In this document: one piece after another, positions 28,301 to 38,347 of the stretch
Position numbering within the stretch: position 1 is the stretch's first letter
How the letters are laid out: every line of letters starts with the position of its first letter
From: Lingula anatina
Taxonomy: Eukaryota; Animalia; Brachiopoda
Reading direction: 5' to 3'
Length of the DNA stretch: 64,000 nt
Assembly (NCBI GenBank): GCA_051362555.1
Contig: CM120647.1
Span: 6,138,001-6,202,000, forward strand
Translations under genes and position numbers: made by a program
Notes under the pieces: generated by a model
Database searches by the model: none
The model's input: only the letters and a program-made list of their open reading frames with translations
What the model was told of the DNA's origin: nothing

Positions 28301-31300
28301 CAGAGATAGGTCCGTAGTTACTATTGAACTTGAATAGGAAGTCATATACTGGCAATCTATATGTGACATTAAAATTGACCTTTGACCTACTTTTCACCAT
28401 GAACTGAATTTTGCAAATTTTGCTTTCCTTTTATCTCCAAAACTGGCTGAGATAGGTCCGTAGTTACTATTGAACTTGAATAGGAAGTCATATACTGGCA
28501 ATCTAAATGTGACCTTAAAATTGACCTTTGACCTACTTTTCACCATAAACTGAACTTTGCAAAATTCGCTTCCCTTTTATCTCCAAAACTGGCAGAGATA
28601 GGTCCATAGTTACTATTGAACTTGAATAGAAAGTCATATACTGGCAATCTAAATGTGACCTTAAAATTGACCTTTGACCTACTTTATACCATGAACAGAA
28701 TTTTGCAAATTTTGCTTTCCTTTTATCTCCAAAACTGGCTGAGATAGGTCCATAGTTACTATAGAACTTGAATAGGAAGTCATATACTGGCAATCTAAAT
28801 GTGACCTTAAAATTGACCTTTGACCTACTTTACACCATAAACTGAATTTTGCAAATTTTGCTTTCCTTTTATCTCCAAAACTGGCTGAGATAGGTCCGTA
28901 GTTACTATTGAACTTGAATAGGAAGTCATATACTGGCAATCTAAATGTGACCTTAAAATTGACCTTTGACCTACTTTACACCATGAACTGAACTTTGCAA
29001 ATTTTGCTTTCCTTTTATCTCCAAAACTGGCAGAGATAGGTCCGTAGTTACTATTGAACTTGAATAGGAAGTCATATACTGGCAATCTATATGTGACATT
29101 AAAATTGACCTTTGACCTACTTTTCACCATGAACTGAATTTTGCAAATTTTGCTTTCCTTTTATCTCCAAAACTGGCTGAGATAGGTCCGTAGTTACTAT
29201 TGAACTTGAATAGGAAGTCATATACTGGCAATCTAAATGTGACCTTAAAATTGACCTTTGACCTACTTTTCACCATAAACTGAACTTTGCAAAATTCGCT
29301 TCCCTTTTATCTCCAAAACTGGCAGAGATAGGTCCATAGTTACTATTGAACTTGAATAGAAAGTCATATACTGGCAATCTAAATGTGACCTTAAAATTGA
29401 CCTTTGACCTACTTTACACCATGAACAGAATTTTGCAAATTTTGCTTTCCTTTTATCTCCAAAACTGGCTGAGATAGGTCCATAGTTACTATAGAACTTG
29501 AATAGGAAGTCATATACTGGCAATCTAAATGTGACCTTAAAATTGACCTTTGACCTACTTTACACCATAAACTGAACTTTGCAAATTTTGCTTCCCTTTT
29601 ATCTCCAAAACTGGCAGAGATAGGTCCATAGTTACTATTGAACTTGAATAGGAAGTCATATATTGGCAATCTAAATGTGACCTTGAAATTGACCTTTGAC
29701 CTACTTTTCACCATGAACTGAACTTTGCAAACTTTTCTTCCCTTTTATCTCCAAAACTGGCAGAGATAGGTCCATAGTTACTATTGAACTTGAAAAGGAA
29801 GTCATATACTGGCAATCTAAATGTGACCTTAAAATTGACCTTTGACCTACTTTACACCATGAACTGAATTTTGCAAATTTTGCTTCCCTTTTATCTCCAA
29901 AACTGGCTGAGATAGGTCCATAGTTACTATTGAACTTGAAAAGGAAGTCATATACTGGCAATCTAAATGTGACCTTAAAATTGACCTTTGACCTACTTTA
30001 CACCATGAACTGAATTTTGCAAATTTTGCTTTCCTTTTATCTCCAAAACTGGCTGAGATAGGTCCGTAGTTACTATTGAACTTGAATAGGAAGTCATATA
30101 CTGGCAATCTAAATGTGACATTAAAATTGACCTTTGTCCTACTTTTCACCATAAACTGAACTTTGCAAATTTTGCTTCCCTTTTATCTCCAAAACTGGCA
30201 GAGATAGGTCCATAGTTACTATTGAACTTGAATAGAAAGTCATATACTGGCAATCTAAATGTGACCTTGAAATTGACCTTTGACCTACTTTTCACCATGA
30301 ACTGAATTTTGCAAATTTTGCTTCCCTTTTATCTCCAAAACTGGCTGAGATAGGTCCATAGTTACTATTGAAGTTGAATAGGAAGTCCTATACTGGCAAT
30401 CTAAGTGTGACCTTGAAATTGACCTTTGACCTACTTTTTATCATGAACTGAACTCTGCTAATTTCTTTCTCTTTTAACTTCAAACTTGACAGAGATAGGT
30501 CCATAGTTACTCTTGAACTTGAATAGGAAGTCATATACTGGCAATTTACTGTGACCTTGAAATTGACCCTTGACCTACCTTACGAAGAACTTAAATTTGA
30601 TTGTACCATATATATTTTTTGCAATAGTTAAAAAATTCTTGTTGATTGCATTTTTACAGCTTGTCAAGCACAAAACTGGTGGCTGTGTCCCTTATTTTGT
30701 GTATGTGGGGGTCTATACGAATGCGTTTGCTCCAGCTGGTGGTACAATATTTGGAGGCGGTATCGCCTCTCTGATCCTCTAGTTTTGTTTCATGTTAAAA
30801 AATTGTTAAAAATGAAAAAAAAAAAAAAAAACATTTCAGAACAGTGCTGTCTTGTTTACTTTTTGGCATTTTCAAGATGTGACTTTGAAGTTCCATGGTC
30901 CTGAAGACCTTTGCTAGTCACATTTTCTGAATATCCATGATACTAATATTTTATTATTAAAAATTGATGGTCATTATGCTGTTAAACATTATGTAACGTT
31001 GCATCAAAATTTGAAGAAACCCCTATTTTGGACACTGCTCCCATGTCACTTACTGTTCTCAAACTTAGGGAAAGAAACATGGGACTTAAATAAAGCTTCA
31101 GTGGGCAATGCAGTCTATTTTGTAAATTTTTCTGGCAGTAAAACAGTTTTTTGTGAAAATTTAATTTTTTCACATTTTGGCATTTTCAAGGTGTGACTTA
31201 GAACCTCTACGGGCTTGAAGACCCATGCTAGTCACATTTTCTGAAAATCCATGATACGTGTATTTTATTATTAAAAACTGATGGTCTTTATGCTGTTAAG

Positions 31301-34300
31301 CATTATGTAATATTGCATCAAAATAGAAGAAAACACAATTTTGGGTGCTGCTGCCATGATGACCATTATGGGTAAACCATGTTACTTATGATTGTCAAAC
31401 TTTCAAAAAAGAAACACAGGACTAAATTGCAGCCAAGTTGGAAAAGCAGTCTAATTTGCTTCTTTTTTATTGTAGTAATACATTTTAGTGAAATATTCAT
31501 ATTTATCGTGTTGCCATTCATTGTGGGACTCAGAGCTCCCATGGACATAAAGCCGAATGGTAACCAAATTTTCTACATGTCCATGCTATTTATAGTCAAT
31601 AATCAAAAATTGGTGATAATTATTCTGTAATTTATTATGTAATGTTACATCAAAATTGACAAAAATGCACTGCTACGATAAACATTATGAAAAGAAACTG
31701 TGTTACTTATTATTATTATTTTTAACTTACAAGTTTGATTTTTAGGATTGGCATGCAGTTCAAATTAGAAAGCCAGCTCAATTGGGTTATCATTTATAAT
31801 TGAATTTATGCAATTTTGTGTAAAATTTTCATTTTTCTCATTCTGGCACTTTCAAAGTGTGAACTCTCATGGGCCTGAAGCCTTATGCTTGTTTCATATT
31901 TTATTTACATTGGTGTTACTTGTTGAGCATAATTAAATTTTGATGTTGAATTTGCAGTTAAGCATAATGTACTTTTGTATCAGAATTGACAGTAGCCTAT
32001 TTTGTGCATTGTTATTTTCAGCTTTTTGTCTGTACATTTGACAGCTTTGCTGCCTTGTTAATTATTACAGTAAAATGTTAGTAATGTGACATTTTTATTT
32101 GACATAACAAATGCCATACTGCATGAACAGTGAAATTTTATCACAACATATACAAAAAAAGTATGCATCTGAGCTTCATGAATATTTTCAATGTCATAAC
32201 TGCTCACAGATCCAGTGAAACTGTTTTCTCAACTCTTCCATTTCAGCTCCCCAACAGAAGGTTGTGTTCGCACTGCCAAGGCAGAGAAGCGCCTTCAAGA
32301 AAAACTGAAGAGAGATGGTGTCGAGAGCCCATCAGAACGAGCGCTCTCTCCAGCAGAACTCAGGTTACAGGAGGCCGAGAAGAGGGCAGCATGGCGGAAG
32401 GCTAGGTGAGATCAATTTGATTGGTTGGTTGGTCAGAAGATTGATTGCCCAATTGATTTAAACTGATTGATTGATTTGTTGGTTGTTTTTATTGATCGAT
32501 TTGATTGATGGCTGGTTGGTTACCCTTTATTGCCCTCCTCCGTCCATCTTCTCTGTTATCTGGGAATAGAATCACATCATACATTCTAACCTTTAAATGA
32601 CTGAGCATTTTTAAGTTGCATCATGTAAGTATTGGTATTTAAAATGAATTGGGAGTACATTATTTGTTTACTGGTTGATTGTTTGGTTGCTTGATATATT
32701 GACTGAATGGTTATTGATTGATTGGTTGGTTGAGTTATTGATTGATTGATTGATTTATGATGGAGTGATTCATTGATTGGGTAATAGAGTAGCTGATGGA
32801 ATGGTAGGTAAGTTGATATATCAATTGACATATATTGATCAACTGTTTATCCTTTCCAGGATGAAGTCTCTGGAGGAAGACGCAATGAGAGCACAAGCTG
32901 TGATAGGAAAGATGAAGGAGATGTCTGAGCAAGACGCCAAGGCCGAGGCCTCCAAACTTGTGGCTGTAGATATCAATGTGGAAGGTAAGACTGGGTTCCC
33001 ATAAACCTATCGTACTAGCAGGATTGATCCAGCTCCGAGGGGATTCTCACTAAATTGCTTTCAGTTTAAGCGGCTGAAATCTGTCACGCCCACTAAAGCT
33101 GCTTGAGGGGTAATTAACTTTTGTGCATGCTTAAACTAAATGCAATTTAGGGAGAAACCTGTCAGTGATAGATCAATCCTGCTAATATGATAGAGTGTGG
33201 AAATGGTCCCTTAGTCATCTCAGTGCACAGTCTCTGATGTAAATACTGATCCCCGTGCCTAATGACAATAATATTGAAGCTGGACCATATTAAGATAATA
33301 TTGTATAGTTTTTGTTTACTATTTCTGCTTTAGGCCAGTACATTTGGTGTTTCCTGAATAGTCAATACACAGAAAAAAAAAATTCAGGAAACAACAACCA
33401 TCCTTTCTGTTATCTGGGAATAGAATTAAATTATTCATTCTAACCTTGAAGTGACTGCATTTTAAGCTGCATCATAATGTCTCAATTTGTACAAAAATTT
33501 AACCTTGAAATTGCCTTATTTTTGTGTTGTTTTGTTAATTTCTAGAAAATGGCGAGGCCAATGGACACAATGAGGTAAGGTGATTGTGTTAGAGAAGACA
33601 ACTGGATTGTGTTATTGTCAGACCTGTCACAATGCCACATCACCACCATGATGTTACTCAAGATAGACTATCAGGGTCCCCTAACTGTCCACATATTTTA
33701 CCAATAATCTCATTATTTTATAGGAATGTAGTATGGGTCATTCCATAATAAAAAGTACAGATTGAATCACAACATTAACACATTCTGCGAATTTTTGTAG
33801 CCCAAGTGCTCACTTTTTTGTGGAATGACCCAAGGAAGTTCTTTTGTCCCTAGCTTGAGAAATAAACTGATACTTTTCAGGTCATATTTCATATGGCAAA
33901 ATCTGACTGTAAATATATGACATATTAGCTGGTAAAGTATCAACGAGTTTGTTTCTCAAGTTGTTGGCAAAAGAAGTTTGACATTTCTATTGAAATTGCA
34001 TAACTAATGAAACTTTTCAACAATTCCACTTTTTTTTTCTGATCAGTTCCTCAGTCCCCTTTCCCTCTCTGTTGTAATTCTTTCAATGATGATGCAATAC
34101 AAACTTTGTGTCACAAGCCATTCCAAGGACTTCATTGTGGACTCACCTGACAGTTGCACCATACCATCTCACTTTGGGGCATGTTTCACAACTTGACTTT
34201 AGACCAAAAGTCCAGTCTAAAACTTTTAGAGCACGTTCAGAACAGCAGACTAACAGATCCAGTGATCAGATATGATGACCCACTTAAAGCTTGCCACTTA

Positions 34301-36132
34301 ATTCCTGATTAGGCTCTGAATAGATTCCTTGCGGTGATTATGCAACGAGCATTCAAGTGGGTCAGCCATATTTGATCCATGGATCTGTTAGTCTGCTGTT
34401 CTGAATGCGCTCTTAGACCAAAATTTTGATCTACTTCAAAACATAAGGTTAAAACCCAAATTGTCCAATGAAGTAGAGTAACCATTGTCTAAAATAGTAT
34501 CTGTTTCTTCTTTGTTATACAATATTTAGTATCATGCAGGGCTTTTCCCAGGATTGGGGGTACAGGCCGTCCAAAATTATCACCTGTAATTTCCTACAAA
34601 ACTTCAGGGACTCCAAGTATGCCTAAAGCCATCATGTTTCCAAAAAATCCATAAGCCATCCAGCCGTCTTTGAAAGGCTTTCCACTGATGCTGGCGGCCA
34701 TCCAAATGACGGCTGGAGGGTTTACTGGGAAAACCCTCGATATCATGGGAATTAGGTCAATTTTCAGCCTTGAGTTCTTTCATGAAACAGAACGTATCAT
34801 TTGAACACACTTGTTGCAAATGTGCATGTGGAATTTATTTAGTTTCACACCAAAGTAACCCCACTGAATCCTTGCTTTTGTCATGGCATTTTGTCAACTG
34901 TGTCCACTCAACACCATGAAGTTTTTTTTTCTTTTTTTTTAGATGATGAACATGAAACATTTCAGTTTTCATCACATTTTGACTGCATGAATGATATATT
35001 TCACCTGTTAACAAGATGTATTAATCCAAAGTAGTGGTGGAGGTTTTTCTTTGTTAGACATATTTTCTGAATGTTCCGGTGAAAGTTGGTAATGGTTTAT
35101 TGGTTCTCTTTAACATATATATCCTTCTTTCTTCATTAGCATGCTAGTCACGTAGCTTCTAATATGGGTACTAACACCAGTGTATCCAACGAAAGTCTAC
35201 CCACTTCGGCCAATCAAAAAACACTTGTCATTGTCCAGCATGAGGCAGACAAGAAAGTGAAAGAAACCTCCCGTGTGATTGGTGAAAATGTCAGGAGGAA
35301 AACTGAGGAGTATTTTGATGAAGAAACTGGCAAAGTGCAGTTTCGAACCGTTGAATATGTCGAGAAAACTATCGAGCATGAGGTATGACCTTCACAGTGT
35401 GGCTTGGTTTGACCTTCACCTTGACCTTTTCATTTGTGCCATTTGGCATACATTCTTATCAAGGTTTTTTAATAATTATTATTTTGGGATTATTTTTTCC
35501 TCCTGATTTCTGCTTGGCATGATGTAAACGCTTGTGTAGGTCCTATTTAATTTACTTGGTGGTGGTTTTACTTCATGGACAGCATAGGCAATGCCTTTCT
35601 AAGCTTCAGTTAAATATAGTTACACAATATCCATTAAATATGATGCAATGAGTTTCTGTTGTTACTAAAAGAGAGACTAGAAGCAGATTTCTCAATTCTG
35701 GATGTACTACATGTTTTGGTGAAAGCACAAATATGCAAATAAGTGCAGCAAGTACATAAACTTGAATGAAGAGAGAAATAACACACTTGTACCTCAGATT
35801 GCTAATAGTTTCATTGATAAATCCTGGTGCAGACATTTTTTCACACACACGCACACACGCACGCGCGCACGCGCAAACATGAAGTTTTGCTGATCAGAAA
35901 TTTAAAGATAAATAATGGAAAAAGAAAAAAAAGTACCAGTACATGAAGTTTACTTTTTTAACTGAAAAATGTCTGAATGCCAGCAAAAGAATGTCTCTCT
36001 GCACATCATAAATAGCAGCAATAGTAAATCATGTACTACTTTTCTACTGTAACATTAGTATTTCATTCTTCTTTGTTTCAGGTTGAGACTAGAACGCAGC
36101 AAATCTGTCAACTAGAACTGCAGGACAAATAG
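1301..36132 (+). CDS. scrib: Scribble/LAP4 cell-polarity scaffold, 5'-partial (LRR and PDZ1 lie upstream of the window); about 22 coding exons
   Basis: Spliced translation gives PDZ3 GGPLGLSIVGGSDHSSHPF and PDZ4 GEKLGMSIKGGARSHPGNPLDKTDEGIFISK, both Scribble-diagnostic, plus C-terminal VRTAKAEKR..ALSPAELR..EAEKRAAWRKARMKSLEEDA. All exons have AG/GT boundaries and compatible phases up to TAG at 36130-36132. Confidence 0.95.
1875..2402 (+). CDS. scrib: scrib exon, end of PDZ2 plus Pro/Ser-rich linker
   Basis: ttacag|ATC ... GAG|gtagga, 528 nt; INNVDVSDARHDQVVSML; lies within ORF 1848..2435. Confidence 0.9.
2704..2814 (+). CDS. scrib: scrib exon, PDZ3 start
   Basis: DVHIQKAGGPLGLSIVGGSDHSSHPFDVEKPGVFVSK, 111 nt, cag|..|gtgaga. 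Confidence 0.95.
3233..3295 (+). CDS. scrib: scrib exon, PDZ3 middle
   Basis: IVPEGAAAKTGKLRIGDRIIA, 63 nt, ttgcag|..|gtaagt. Confidence 0.92.
3393..3549. mobile_element. decayed MITE related to 34229-34412
   Basis: cagaacagtggac.aacta / tagttagtccactgttctg inverted ends; shared tgacccact..aaagcttgc..ctgaatagattc core. Confidence 0.6.
3750..3866 (+). CDS. scrib: scrib exon, PDZ3 end
   Basis: VNGKDIQSASHQEAVMSLIAPVQEIVLTVQHDPPPPGLQ, 117 nt. Confidence 0.92.
4109..4225 (+). CDS. scrib: scrib exon, PDZ4 start
   Basis: ELHIDKGPGEKLGMSIKGGARSHPGNPLDKTDEGIFISK, 117 nt. Confidence 0.95.
4472..4534 (+). CDS. scrib: scrib exon, PDZ4 middle
   Basis: INNNGAIGRDGRLKLGQRLLE, 63 nt. Confidence 0.92.
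4897..5109 (+). CDS. scrib: scrib exon, PDZ4 end
   Basis: VNGQSLLGVSHVEAVRALRSVGDHLTVLICDGYD...SSVSSLDRDDEE, 213 nt. Confidence 0.92.
5665..5850. repeat. compound (CA)n / (CT)n microsatellite
   Basis: Directly visible. Confidence 0.95.
5959..6015 (+). CDS. scrib: scrib exon (EQEVVKETEEWEKEELDKL)
   Basis: aaacag|..|gtaaaa, 57 nt, phase 0-0; resembles the post-PDZ4 acidic helix of Scribble. Confidence 0.8.
7352..8194 (+). CDS. scrib: scrib large disordered exon (281 aa, S/T/P/K/R-rich, several SxIP-type motifs)
   Basis: ttttcatttcag|GAG ... AAG|gtaaga, 843 nt open, phase 0-0. Confidence 0.85.
9174..9446 (+). CDS. scrib: scrib disordered exon starting SRIP (91 aa)
   Basis: ctttacag|AGT ... 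AAG|gtagaa, 273 nt, phase 0-0, GC higher than the flanking intron. Confidence 0.78.
10801..11022 (+). CDS. scrib: scrib disordered exon starting SKIP (74 aa)
   Basis: ttttcag|AGT ... GTG|gtgagt, 222 nt, phase 0-0. Confidence 0.78.
14176..14465. mobile_element. Kolobok-like MITE
   Basis: agggataacaactcttcat / atgaagagttgttattcct inverted ends; homologous to 40777-41142. Confidence 0.65.
14820..14984 (+). mobile_element. ~165-bp MITE family M1, copy 1
   Basis: CAG..CTG ends, TSD aaacc; homologous to the copies at 15069, 24564 and 61166. Confidence 0.8.
15069..15232 (-). mobile_element. MITE family M1, copy 2 (inverted relative to copy 1)
   Basis: Reverse complement of the M1 body; TSD taaag. 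Confidence 0.8.
17298..17582 (+). CDS. scrib: scrib exon (ISSNT...PPKKIPPPVPEKKWKRSS...DAEE)
   Basis: ctaac branch site, cctatag|ATC ... GAG|gtaaaa, 285 nt, phase 0-0. Confidence 0.75.
18090..18149. repeat. 21-bp tandem repeat x3
   Basis: acttgatgacatcaccacaca units. Confidence 0.85.
21904..22221. mobile_element. palindromic MITE family M2, copy 1
   Basis: ~110-bp imperfect TIRs caggcctacccaactaccagactcggcac.../...gtgctgagtctggtagttgggtaggcctg; aatgt present on both flanks. Confidence 0.85.
23396..23513 (+). CDS. scrib: scrib exon (PTSPHRKSEVSNMEKLPFSAKKKYFEEEI...)
   Basis: Scribble-like LxFxxKxKYFE motif; 118 nt, phase 0-1. Confidence 0.88.
23840..23896 (+). CDS. scrib: scrib exon (KKFSFLTPDEIQKIKLEE)
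   Basis: 57 nt, phase 1-1, conserved FSFLxxDExxKxKxEE motif. Confidence 0.88.
24127..24356. mobile_element. MITE family M3 (related copies at 32989-33210 and about 38360-38596)
   Basis: Imperfect inverted ends with TAA flanks; shared core cgcccact.aaagctg..aggggtaattaac, here in reverse orientation. Confidence 0.55.
24564..24732 (+). mobile_element. MITE family M1, copy 3
   Basis: caggggcggatt...aatccgctgccctg; TSD ctatt. Confidence 0.8.
24820..24922 (+). CDS. scrib: scrib exon (KKMLSMSQEELISYMKDQ...)
   Basis: ccatcag|..|gtaggt, 103 nt, phase 1-2. Confidence 0.82.
25453..25464 (+). CDS. scrib: candidate 12-nt scrib microexon (adds FKFS)
   Basis: tactaat branch site, pyrimidine tract, tttag|CTTCAAATTCAG|gtactt; phase 2-2 matches the flanking exons. 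Confidence 0.5.
27001..30784 (+). mobile_element. non-autonomous Helentron/HINE-type element (inner) carrying a satellite array
   Basis: 5' inverted repeat tgtaccaccagcg/cgctggcggtaca, (ccggctccg)-like microrepeat, 3' subTIR gctggtggtacaat at 30735-30748, stem-loop gaggcgg-ta-tcgcctc, terminal ctagtt, inserted in a T-rich site. Confidence 0.8.
27990..30580. repeat. 146-bp tandem satellite, about 18 copies
   Basis: Marker gataggtc recurs every 146 bp from 28013 to about 30494; copies are near-identical and the edge copies more diverged. Confidence 0.97.
30855..31990. repeat. four diverged ~320-335-bp tandem units inside the outer HINE
   Basis: ttggcattttcaag.tgtgact..gaa...c.atgg.c.tgaagacc recurs near 30862, 31177, 31511 and 31843. 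Confidence 0.6.
32247..32405 (+). CDS. scrib: scrib exon, conserved C-terminal block
   Basis: SPTEGCVRTAKAEKRLQEKLKRDGVESPSERALSPAELRLQEAEKRAAWRKAR, 159 nt, phase 2-2. Confidence 0.95.
   Translation, partial: LPNRRLCSHCQGREAPSRKTEERWCREPIRTSALSSRTQVTGGREEGSMAEG
32860..32984 (+). CDS. scrib: scrib exon (MKSLEEDAMRAQAVIGKMKEMS...)
   Basis: 125 nt, phase 2-1, conserved RMKSLExDAxxAQ. Confidence 0.92.
32989..33210. mobile_element. MITE family M3 copy directly after a scrib donor site
   Basis: ctatcgtactagcaggattgatc / gatcaatcctgctaatatgatag inverted repeats. Confidence 0.6.
33546..33574 (+). CDS. scrib: scrib small exon (ENGEANGHNE)
   Basis: ttctag|..|gtaagg, 29 nt; phase 1-0 is needed to link the neighbouring exons. 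Confidence 0.75.
33735..33831. mobile_element. ~97-bp MITE
   Basis: gggtcattccataataaaaagt / acttttttgtggaatgaccc inverted ends. Confidence 0.5.
34229..34412. mobile_element. PIF/Harbinger-type MITE
   Basis: TIR gagcacgttcagaacagcagactaacagatcc / ggatctgttagtctgctgttctgaatgcgctc with TTA TSD; related decayed copies at 3393-3549 and about 45110-45272. Confidence 0.75.
34537..34739. mobile_element. hAT-like MITE
   Basis: cagggcttttcccag / ctgggaaaaccctcg ends; near 8-bp TSD gtatcatg/atatcatg. Confidence 0.5.
35140..35382 (+). CDS. scrib: scrib exon (...RKTEEYFDEETGKVQFRTVEYVEKTIEHE)
   Basis: cattag|CAT ... GAG|gtatga, 243 nt, phase 0-0; RTVEYVEK resembles invertebrate Scribble tails. Confidence 0.82.
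36082..36132 (+). CDS. scrib: scrib last coding exon (VETRTQQICQLELQDK*)
   Basis: ttgtttcag|GTT ... TAG, followed by a long AT-rich UTR-like region. Confidence 0.82.
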   Translation, partial: VETRTQQICQLELQDK

Positions 36133-38138
36133 ACTTTTATCTCAGAAGATCTGGTTGTGAAATGGTGGGGAAAAAACATGGACATGTATAGGGAAAAATG
36201 AAGATGGCAAAAATGATGAAGATCTGGTTGTGATTTTTTCCGTATTAGGTTAAAGATAAAAATGGTTACCATATATGGAAATAACCATGTACATATGCCC
36301 ATAGATGATGATTGCAAAGGCCATATATGGCATACAGACTATGAAACAATGACCATGTATGGCAAACATAAGTTACATGCACGGGACAAAAATGACATGG
36401 TGGCATGAAATAAAAACTGCTAACTGATATAGCCAGCCAAGAAACCTCAAGTTCATATTTCATCAAAATAATGATGTAAAGAAGACGCATTTAAAGACTT
36501 GCAGTTCTTCACAGATGAAAGATTCAAAGGTGTTTTGTTTTCTGTGCTTCTGCAAAATGCCTTGTTAAATACATATTTTCTCATCAGGTTGACCTATTTA
36601 TATATTATCCAAAGGTTATCGTTTATGGTATTTGTGAATTTCAAAAATCCACATGTACTAGTTCTTGGGTTTTAAAGGCAAGTGGCATTAAACTTCATGG
36701 CAGTTTATAGTTAGTATGTACAGTTAAAACATTAAATTTTATGAAGTATTTTTAACAAGGAGACATTTTGTACAGTGTACATAGTTTATGGTGGCAGGAA
36801 GGGACTTGTTTTATGAATAACCACATTTTTGCTCCCAATTTTAGTTTTTTTGCCAAGTCAAGTAATATGTAGGCTTAGCAAAGGTATCTATAGATAGGGA
36901 AAAAAAGTCCATTCTTCATTGTGTAGTTTTGGACGAGCGCTGAGAACAGCAGTTAAATCCATTCCTAATTTTATGATTGCTCATTATACTTATTGAGAGT
37001 GTCAGTGTGTTTTAGTCCTTGTTTTATGTGCTCCTTTTCCTTTACCACTCCAAACTACTGGAATTGTGTGTATATTTATTGCAATTTTTTGTATTATCTC
37101 CTATATATGGAGCAGCACATTCATTTCAATGTGTGAATTGTTTTCAGTTTGGTTATACCTGCTCTACTGACTGTTCAGAAGCTTTTAAAGATCAGTTTAA
37201 TTTGACTGAAATAGGAATTCTTTGTCACAACTTTCAACCTGTGGAGAAAGAAATGAGCAGATACAATATTTATTTTACATTTTAGTAAAACTTCTTTCGA
37301 GAAGGTTTTAGCTTGTTATTCAGGGCACATGTGCAGTACATCTTATCCAAAAGGTGATTTTGGAAATTATTCTTATTCATAAAACATAAAGCATTGTTCA
37401 ACGAGTACTTTCACTATTATTCTCCAGTGGGGAAAAGGCTGTTGCTGCAGTATAGATATTATGTGCATTTTTGTTGAGTCACAAGCATTTATTTTGATAT
37501 ACAATAATGAATGACAATTTTTATGTGAAGTTTTGCATGGAAGTGACCTTGAAATGCCTTGCCATAATTTTTGGGTTTTCTTTCTTTTTTTCTTTTATTT
37601 TGCTCTGTTGAAATAGTGTTCATAAGATGCATTGTGCAGCCTTTTCTTTTATGTATTTAATTATCATCATTTATTTATACATTTATTTCAACCACTATTA
37701 CCATTTTACCTGTATTAGAAAATAGTTGGAAAGAGAATGGCAATTACTTCTTTCATGAAATGCTTATTGATTGTTTTTATAAGCTTTACCCATGTGGATT
37801 AAGAACAGCTTGCCACTTTTTGTGCTGTTTTAGTGTTTTAACTTAATCAAACCAGTATTTATGTGAAGCTAATGTTGAACACGTTTTCTATTTTTAACTT
37901 AAATTTGTACATTATAACACATATAACAAAAATATATGAATATAAAATGTCACACGCTAGAGTAGTTTGTTTCTGGTCGTCAGCATGGGACAAATGTTTA
38001 AAAAATCTGCAGAACATAGCAGTTAAAGTCATTGTGCCATAAGATGACAGCAAAAACACCAAGAAAATGTGATGAAAGCATTCAGACAGAGCACCAGTTT
38101 CTCTACTATGGGGTCATATCATGAAAATGCAAGGCTTA

Positions 38139-38347
38139 GACTCCGTTCACATGAAAAATCTATTTTCTATTCACGGTATCTTGTGATCACTCATAGCGCA
38201 GCCGAGAATTAATTACAGCTTTGGAAGTAACTGGCTTGCGCTGCCAGTAATAACGCCGAGGGGTATTCAGGGCACAGACCGTGATCACAAGATACGGCGC
38301 ATAGAAAATAGATTTTTAGGAAATAGAAAATAAAAGTGAACGGGGCC
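38139..38347. mobile_element. PIF/Harbinger-type MITE
   Basis: gactccgttcac / gtgaacggggcc ends, TTA TSD, inner inverted repeat aaaaatctattttctat..gtatcttgtgatcac. Confidence 0.75.

Larger units (their letters stand above)
26109..32059 (+). mobile_element. non-autonomous Helentron/HINE-type element (outer), interrupted by a second element
   Basis: 5' hairpin atgtacagacaca/tgtgtctgtacat after a T-run, (gtcgcc)n microsatellite, about 2.5 x 159-bp internal repeats (26282-26670), 3' subTIR tgtctgtacat at 32027-32037, stem-loop gacagc-ttt-gctgcc, then ttgtt. Confidence 0.75.

Noticed and set aside
28095-30152. Series of 86-101-aa minus-strand ORFs (MPVYDFLFKF...)
   Set aside because: They are translations of the 146-bp satellite, whose unit is not a multiple of 3; no splice or domain evidence.
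27990-30580. CRISPR-like array
   Set aside because: Contiguous near-identical monomers with no unique spacers, no cas genes and a eukaryotic context. The same applies to the 49-51 kb array.
34943-34990. Possible alternative last exon after a poly-T + ag
   Set aside because: Short AT-rich frame with no supporting motif; cannot be told from chance.
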